DNA from: an uncultured Acidobacteriota bacterium
Lineage (GTDB): Bacteria > Acidobacteriota > Terriglobia > Terriglobales > Acidobacteriaceae
Direction: 5' to 3'
Length of the DNA: 64,000 nt
NCBI GenBank assembly: GCA_963807095.1
Contig: CAWEAF010000005.1
Location: forward strand, 13,681-77,680
Shown: positions 58,375-64,000 of the stretch, piece after piece
Position numbering within the stretch: position 1 is the stretch's first letter
Layout: each line of letters starts with the position of its first letter
Notes under the pieces: generated by a model
The model's input: only the letters and a program-made list of their open reading frames with translations
Database searches by the model: none
What the model was told of the DNA's origin: nothing
Position numbers and translations under genes: made by a program

Positions 58375-58648
58375 GTGAGCTTTCTCCTGAATTGGACGTG
58401 CAGAATGTTACCACTACCGGGCCGGGGAGTCGCCCTTCGTGGACGAGATTCTCAGCATGGCGCACGCTGCCGGGATGGGCACCATCTGCGAGGCCGATAT
58501 CACTCTGATTGGCGCCACGCTCGACCAGTTGCGCGTCAACTGGCAGCCGGCGCAGGTCGCGATCGCAAGCCGCCATGCGCCGCTGTGCAACATTCAGGCG
58601 AAGGATGCGTGAGCCGCGCGAGTTTTCCCCGGATTAAACGCGCCTTTT

Positions 58649-58741
58649 GTCGTTCTGAGCGCAGCGAAGAATCTATGCACCTTCGCCTAAGTCGGCAAGG
58701 TTGCAGAGATCCTTCGCGCAAAAAACGCGCTCAGGATGACG
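58649..58741. repeat. Imperfect long-palindrome (MITE/REP-like) element, second family
   Basis: The left arm is gtcgttctgagcgcagcgaagaatc. The reverse complement of the right arm is gtcatcctgagcgcg(tttttt)gcgcgaaggatc. This is the ctgagcgc..gcgctcaggatgac type of repeat, which yields spurious ..LRSAQDD.. ORFs. Confidence 0.5.
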
Positions 58742-58850
58742 ATTGCCCGATTGGTCCGATTCTAGACGTCGGCGATTCTAAAGATCCGTGCGTATCCGCG
58801 TAAATCCGTGGCGAAGAAGTGATTCGTGGGCGAAGAGTTCCTGTTATCAG

Positions 58851-60047
58851 CTAGACGAATACTTCTCCCGGCAGTGCCGTCAGGGTTCGCGAGGCTAGTG
58901 TGTTCTGAACGATCCGCCTTGGTGCTCCCGCTGCCTCTGAGTCAACTTGGTTGCGTTCGATTCGCAGCTTCAGGCTACGCTCGATGTGGCGCAACTCCAG
59001 TACTTCTGCTCCCGCGACCAGGGTCGATGCCCGCCCTTGCAATCCGGCTCGGCCGGTGCGGCCAACGCGATGGACAAAGTCCTCCGCTATCTTGGGCAGG
59101 TCGTAGTTGATCACATGAGCCACGTCGTCGACGTGTAAGCCACGGGACGCTACATCGGTGGCCACGAGCACCTGGAAGCGGCCTTCCTGAAATCCACCCA
59201 ACGCTCCATTTCGCTGCGACTGTGAGCGGCCGCCATGAATCATGGCCGCGGCGAAACCGTCCCGCACCAGCTCCTTGGCGAGGCGTTCCGCGCCGCGCTT
59301 GGTGCGGGTGAAAATCAAGGTTTGCCCCTTTTCCGAATAGAGCAATTGCCGCAGAACGTCGAGTTTCTCTCCCGGTCGCACTTCGTAGGCTTTGAGTTGC
59401 ACGCTCTCGGCAGGCTTGAGCACGGAGCCCAAAGCGACGCGCACCGGTGTGCGCATGCAGTCGTTCACCAATCCGGCAACGGATTGTTCCATCGTGGCCG
59501 AGAAGCATAGGGTCTGCCGTTGCTGCGGGAGTACTGAGAGAATGCGCTGGATGGCAGGCAAGAAACCCATGTCGAGCATCCGGTCGGCTTCATCGAGCAC
59601 AAGCATTTTGACGTGGCGCAGGTCGGCGAACTTGCGGTCCATCAGGTCCTGCAATCTTCCGGGCGTGGCAATGACTAGTCCAGAGCCGGCACGGAGATGT
59701 TGAATCTGCGCCTTCTCCGACACGCCGCCGATTACCAAAGCGGCTTTGGGCATGGCCTTGGTGCTCAATTGCTGGTACTGCTCGTGAACCTGCATTGCGA
59801 GTTCCCGCGTCGGCAATAGCACAAGCGCAATGGTGTGTCGCGACGCTTCCCGGTGGAGGGTTTCAATCAGTGGAATCAGATAGGCCAGTGTTTTGCCGGT
59901 TCCGGTCTGCGCCGTGCCGATCACGTCGCGGCCTTCAAGAGCGGGAGGAATTGCACTTTCCTGGATGGGTGTGAGGTTAGTGAACTGGGCTGCCGCCAGG
60001 CTCCGCTGCAATACAGGAGACAAGGGCAGTTCCGAAAATGTAGCCAT
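58851..60047 (-). CDS. DEAD-box ATP-dependent RNA helicase (RhlE-like)
   Basis: ATG 60047 starts MATFSELPLSP. It has the Q-motif (FTNLTPIQ), AQTGTGKT, VLDEADRMLDMGF, SAT and HRVGRTGRAG. Confidence 0.9.
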   Translation of the reverse strand: MATFSELPLSPVLQRSLAAAQFTNLTPIQESAIPPALEGRDVIGTAQTGTGKTLAYLIPLIETLHREASRHTIALVLLPTRELAMQVHEQYQQLSTKAMPKAALVIGGVSEKAQIQHLRAGSGLVIATPGRLQDLMDRKFADLRHVKMLVLDEADRMLDMGFLPAIQRILSVLPQQRQTLCFSATMEQSVAGLVNDCMRTPVRVALGSVLKPAESVQLKAYEVRPGEKLDVLRQLLYSEKGQTLIFTRTKRGAERLAKELVRDGFAAAMIHGGRSQSQRNGALGGFQEGRFQVLVATDVASRGLHVDDVAHVINYDLPKIAEDFVHRVGRTGRAGLQGRASTLVAGAEVLELRHIERSLKLRIERNQVDSEAAGAPRRIVQNTLASRTLTALPGEVFV

Positions 60048-60435
60048 TCGAATTTGTTTCTTTCTGGAGCGGCTTGTGATTAGGCACTCTGACACAAGTC
60101 GAGAGCCGTCACGCCGCTCACATTTCAATTTTTGGGATTTCACGCAAATAAACGGAGGGCAGGAAAAGCGGAGATGATTCTGGTCAAAAGAGTGACCACC
60201 GCGTAACGAGCAAACCGTGACAAAGCGTTGCAGTTATTGTAACAGACAACGCGCCCTGGGGGGGAAGAAAGTGATCGCAAGGGACTGCGGCAGAAGCCTG
60301 TTCTGATTTCATAACAAGATCGAACTGGTAAACAGGCTTTTCGATTTCCAGGGACACACTAAGGCCGGAGGCAGAATCGGAAAGACTCTTTTCTGATCCG
60401 CCCCGGGCGAAGCTACTGCCCGGTCCGGGAGAAAA

Positions 60436-61152
60436 TTGATGACAAATACTGGCACGATGCATGTGCTGCTGTGTACCGCAGATTCTTCGTTAGTCGCAAT
60501 CTTTAAAAGTATATCCGGTGAATTTGGTATCGAAGCGAAATCCTGTACGGATTCCCTGCAGGTTGCGAACCATCTGAACCGAGCAACCTATGAAGCGATT
60601 GTGCTGGACTTCGACACCCTTCCCCAAGCCGGCCCAGTTCTGGATAGCGTACGAGAAAGGTCTTCCAACAAAAACGCCGTGATCTTCGCCGCTGCAACCA
60701 ACACCACCCATATCGATCAGGCGATTCAAGCCCGCGCACACTTTCTATTACGAAGACCCCTTGAGCCCGATGTAATCCGGCGAACCTTGCGTGCCGCTTA
60801 TGATCTTATGCTGGGCGGACAACGACGCCAGTTCCGGTGTGTCGCTAGTCTTGCGGCCCGGCTCACCACTATCGATTCAGGCAGAAGCCTGCAGTGCACG
60901 ACGATCAATGTCAGCAGCAACGGAATGGCAGTGACAACCCCGATGGCATTGAAGCCTGCCGAGATGTTGGAAATCGACCTTCTGCTTCCGAACGGATTTA
61001 GCGTCCGCGCCGCTGGGATCGTGATTTGGGGCGATCCGCAGGGAAGAAGCGGAATCAATTTTCAGTGCAGAGACGCGGAGATGCGGCGCGAACTGGACGT
61101 GTGGCTGGATTCACAATTCTCGGTACCCCACGTGTCGTCAGCTTCCGTTTAA
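60436..61152 (+). CDS. Degenerate receiver-like domain + PilZ domain protein
   Basis: The REC-like N-terminus is HVLLCTADSS..AIVLDFDT..FLLRRPLEP. The PilZ motifs are QRRQFRC and TTINVSSNGMAV. Confidence 0.7.
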   Translation: MMTNTGTMHVLLCTADSSLVAIFKSISGEFGIEAKSCTDSLQVANHLNRATYEAIVLDFDTLPQAGPVLDSVRERSSNKNAVIFAAATNTTHIDQAIQARAHFLLRRPLEPDVIRRTLRAAYDLMLGGQRRQFRCVASLAARLTTIDSGRSLQCTTINVSSNGMAVTTPMALKPAEMLEIDLLLPNGFSVRAAGIVIWGDPQGRSGINFQCRDAEMRRELDVWLDSQFSVPHVSSASV

Positions 61153-61210
61153 AGAAGACAGGCGGAGCACAAGATTGACTGCGGTGTCTTTTCTTGAAAT
61201 CCGGTGGGCC

Positions 61211-61429
61211 TTAGGCGCGAACCTGTACAGACACCAACTCCGGGCTGTAGCGTGCTCGTTGCAAAGACTCCGCAGCGTCCTGGGCCGTTAACTTCCCCAT
61301 AATCAGGGCCAGCTTGCGGTTGGTGGTCATCTGCATTGGAGACTTATCGGTTCGCAGCACGTATTGAGCGGTGCCGGTACTATTACGAGTTACCTTCACG
61401 ACAAACTTGGTAATTGTGGGTGATTTCAT
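61211..61429 (-). CDS. Hypothetical 72-aa protein
   Basis: ATG 61429 starts MKSPTITKFVVKVTRNSTGTAQYVLRTDKSP... It is the only plausible coding segment of the long ORF 61211..61828. Confidence 0.3.
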   Translation of the reverse strand: MKSPTITKFVVKVTRNSTGTAQYVLRTDKSPMQMTTNRKLALIMGKLTAQDAAESLQRARYSPELVSVQVRA

Positions 61430-61685
61430 TAGTTCTATTGTACACTTCGCGGTGATTCTCTGCTTGGAATAACTGTTGTAAGGACGCTGCTCGTTAACGA
61501 CGAATGTGCGCCAAGCGCCCTGATCGCGACACGTACCGCTCAACCAAACCCAGGCGTGATGCAACCGGTAATTCGCCCGGCAGATCAAGAGGAGAGCTTC
61601 GAACTCGACAACCGAAAAAATCTTCTGCAATGTTTCACGGGAAAATGGATGCCGCGCCCAAAAAAGGAAGCGCGGCATCTCGTTG

Positions 61686-63032
61686 CTACCTGTGGTGGAG
61701 TTGCATCCTTCTGATCCTTTCCGTTCTTGCTGCAGCGCCACGCAGAGCGGCTCTGGCGGCGGGTGCGCGTAAAACCTGCTGAGCTGAGCTCGACCCATTG
61801 TTCCACCAGTTGGTATCGAAGGCGTCAAACAACGTGTTGTCGGTGAGCCGGGTGACCCCGCTTCCGTCCGCCTTCATGCTGTAGATTTCGAAAGCGAGCG
61901 TACCTGCAAAGTCCCGGTTCGACTGAAAAACGATCTTGTCAGCGACCGGAATTGGATTGTAGTGGAAGATTTCCGGGGTAGCCGTATAGAGTGGGGTGAG
62001 CCCCGTTCCGTCGGTGTTGATGGTGTATAGCGTTTCCGTATAGTCGTCATCGCAGTAGCGGCTGAACATGATCTGGGTGCCGTCATGGGTGAAGGCTGGC
62101 ATTTCATCCCACCCAACCGTGCAGGGAAAGTTGGGTCCGCCGGTCAGCGGAATAGCATTAGTGCCATCCGCGTTCATGATGGCGATCCCGTCGTACAATC
62201 CAATCCCCGTGGGATACCAATAGAGTTCTGCTGCAATCTTGGTCCCGTCTGGCGAAAACGAAGCCGCATACGCCTCGGAACCATTTCCCGCTGCAAATAC
62301 GGCGTGTTGATTCGAGCCGTCCGTGTTCATCGCCCAGATTTGGGATGAGTGGATGTAGACGATCCGCTGGCCATTTGCCGAAAACTCCGGCCACCAGGAA
62401 TCGCCATCGGTCGTGAGTTGAGTCGGGCTACCGCTGCCATTGGCATTCGCGACGAAGATGTCATACGTGTAGTCTGGCGTCGCCACGTCGAACACACCTT
62501 TCGTGCCGTCGCCCGACAGCGTCAATGACTCCATCGCTACAGAAACCGGTTTGCCCGTTCCCTGGTCAGTTACGCCGCTGATGGTGAGAGTCCCATTTGG
62601 GGCATATGTGCCAATCTTCGGTGTCATGGAAAAGGGCGTGGCATCGCCGCCGGAGTATTCCTCCAGGAATGCGAACTGGGCCGACACCGAAATGGTCGCT
62701 GTCGCCGTCAAGTTCGCATTTCCCACCGCGGTGACCACCACATGGTAAACACCGACTGGCCACGGCGCGGTATAGATGGCGCCGGTATTGGTTTGCGTGA
62801 TGGTTCCTCCACTTGTTTCCTGGACGGACCAGGAGACGCGAGTGTCACTTACGTTCTCCACATTGGCGGTGAGTATGGTAGTTTGGCCGACCAGCAGATT
62901 AGCGCTTATGGGCGTCACGCTGATGCTGGGCTGGTTGTTGTTGTTGTTGCCACCACCGTTGCTGTTGCTACCGCAGGCGACCCAAATGATAGAAAGAGAG
63001 ACTAAGAAGAGAAGGGACAGAATCTTCCGCAT
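61686..63032 (-). CDS. Lipoprotein with an Ig-like (Big_2-like) domain and a TolB/PD40-type beta-propeller
   Basis: The signal and lipobox are MRKILSLLFLVSLSIIWVACGS. An Ig-like segment (ISVTPISANLLVGQTTILTANV) is followed by repeated PD40-like units (FSANGQRIVYI, FSPDGTKIAAE, FTHDGTQIMFS, MKADGSGVTRLT). The Arg/Ala-rich last ~35 aa may be read-through. Confidence 0.75.
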   Translation of the reverse strand: MRKILSLLFLVSLSIIWVACGSNSNGGGNNNNNQPSISVTPISANLLVGQTTILTANVENVSDTRVSWSVQETSGGTITQTNTGAIYTAPWPVGVYHVVVTAVGNANLTATATISVSAQFAFLEEYSGGDATPFSMTPKIGTYAPNGTLTISGVTDQGTGKPVSVAMESLTLSGDGTKGVFDVATPDYTYDIFVANANGSGSPTQLTTDGDSWWPEFSANGQRIVYIHSSQIWAMNTDGSNQHAVFAAGNGSEAYAASFSPDGTKIAAELYWYPTGIGLYDGIAIMNADGTNAIPLTGGPNFPCTVGWDEMPAFTHDGTQIMFSRYCDDDYTETLYTINTDGTGLTPLYTATPEIFHYNPIPVADKIVFQSNRDFAGTLAFEIYSMKADGSGVTRLTDNTLFDAFDTNWWNNGSSSAQQVLRAPAARAALRGAAARTERIRRMQLHHR

Positions 63033-63469
63033 AGTGGAATCCCTTGGGAGGTGAGGATTCCAGGCCTGCAGAGCGAAGTAGGGGGAGACCGGAGGCGACG
63101 GCCTTAGCTGCCCGCCGTGCGGTCTTCGTGCAGGCTCGTGTCTGCCCTGGGAAGCAGACCACCACCTCCACGCTGATCTCCCTTATATAGGCCCGTCAAG
63201 GGAGGGGAGCAAGGGAATTCCGCAAAGTCACAGCCATGCGTGATCGCAGTCACGAGCCTTGCGTCTCGTTGCCGCACTGAGTAGAAGGGGGCCAGGGACA
63301 AGGTGTGCCAGATACGCAAGATCGTTTCGTTCGGATCGGCATTGACCCTGGCCGCGTAAACTCCCGGATGGCAGCGCACGGACCAGCCTTTTTCGGTGTC
63401 GCAGAAACTCGATCCATTCTTATTCGGCAGCGCTCCGCACGCAAGGTCACCGAATCAGGTGTCGAGACT

Positions 63470-64000
63470 TCACGCCAGCGCCAGGTTCAGATTCTCAATG
63501 GCCTCGTCGACCTCGGCTGGACTTTTGTAGCCGACGGTTACGCAATCGACCCCGGCATTCACGAATGCGAACTTCATCGCCTTCTGGCGGTCTTCGTGAT
63601 TGAATGTGCCCTCGCCGGCCAGCTTCATGCTGATTACACCCATTCCTTCCTTGCGAACCTCTTGCACATGGGAGACAACTTCTGGGACATTTCCCGGCTC
63701 CGGTGTGTCAGGGACCTCCGCGTCCATGGTCTTGCCCTTATGATTCATGCGGATCATCGCGACCTCGAGCCACTTGTTTCCAGGAACCCGGCGCAATGCG
63801 GGCAGGCCGTGCACCGACGCGCCATGACTGAGGACGACCTTTTTGGATTCGGCTTCAAGAATCGCGTCTTGCCAGCGGGCAGTGTCGGCTGGCCACGTCG
63901 CTGTGTGTTGCCAGTGCAGCAGCATGATGTCGAAGTATTCGGTGTTGGCGAGCTTGCGCAATTCATCGAATTGTTGCTGTGGGATCCCGCCATTGAACGT
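63470..64000 (-). CDS. Aldo/keto reductase, 5' end outside the window
   Basis: The frame is open to nt 64000 (TFNGGIPQQQFDELRKLANTEYFDIMLLHW..). It ends ..VTVGYKSPAEVDEAIENLNLALA*. Confidence 0.65.
   Translation of the reverse strand, partial: TFNGGIPQQQFDELRKLANTEYFDIMLLHWQHTATWPADTARWQDAILEAESKKVVLSHGASVHGLPALRRVPGNKWLEVAMIRMNHKGKTMDAEVPDTPEPGNVPEVVSHVQEVRKEGMGVISMKLAGEGTFNHEDRQKAMKFAFVNAGVDCVTVGYKSPAEVDEAIENLNLALA

Noticed and set aside
58018-58803. 261-aa + strand ORF spanning the 5' end of the VWA gene and the intergenic region.
   Set aside because: It is Arg-rich and low-complexity. It overlaps the VWA-TPR gene in antisense and then runs through the palindromic repeat, so it is not credible as coding.
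63104-63450. Two overlapping small minus-strand ORFs (91 and 66 aa) between the lipoprotein and the aldo/keto reductase genes.
   Set aside because: They are Arg/Cys/Pro-rich with no recognisable motif or translation signals. The region is more likely promoter or leader sequence.

Overview
This is a 64-kb chromosomal segment. Hand-counted lines give about 55-62% GC. It most likely comes from an Acidobacteriota (Terriglobia-like) genome. That is an inference from an ADOP-type duplicated FtsX permease, a VWFA-related acidobacterial-type protein, TPR proteins and the REP families present.

Layout:
1. 0-6.5 kb: an RND efflux adaptor and pump, plus small stress genes (DUF2892, FmdB zinc ribbon, OsmC, VIT-like).
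2. 6.8-13.7 kb: an electron-transfer cluster. It holds a di-haem cytochrome c peroxidase, ArsR, cytochrome b, an octahaem cytochrome c, a monohaem cytochrome c and a divergent porin-like OMP. The redox genes carry many frameshifts. ArsR and the porin are intact.
3. 16-47 kb: a large hemicellulose/glycan-degrading cluster. It holds GH29, GH31, CE1-type esterases, a clan GH-A-like TIM-barrel hydrolase, a GH54-like giant protein, GH51, GH3, a SASA-type acetylesterase, a type-B carboxylesterase and GH9. Truncated gene relics (SufS, LacI, tannase) are interspersed among them.
4. 48.1-53.3 kb: tmRNA (ssrA), a DUF2089 operon, then a low-GC islet of about 45-48% GC. The islet carries an orphan 426-aa protein with a C-terminal Mrr-like PD-(D/E)xK module, and a convergent TM/coiled-coil pair. 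REP hairpins and a decayed REP-associated tyrosine transposase bracket it. This islet is my best candidate for an undescribed (defence-like) system.
5. 53.5-64 kb: an apparently missed SelW/Rdx-type selenoprotein (in-frame UGA in a CxxU motif plus a downstream hairpin), small hypotheticals, DUF4197, a VWA-TPR protein, a DEAD-box helicase, REC-PilZ, a beta-propeller lipoprotein and a partial aldo/keto reductase.

All family calls come from motif recognition by eye. No searches were run.
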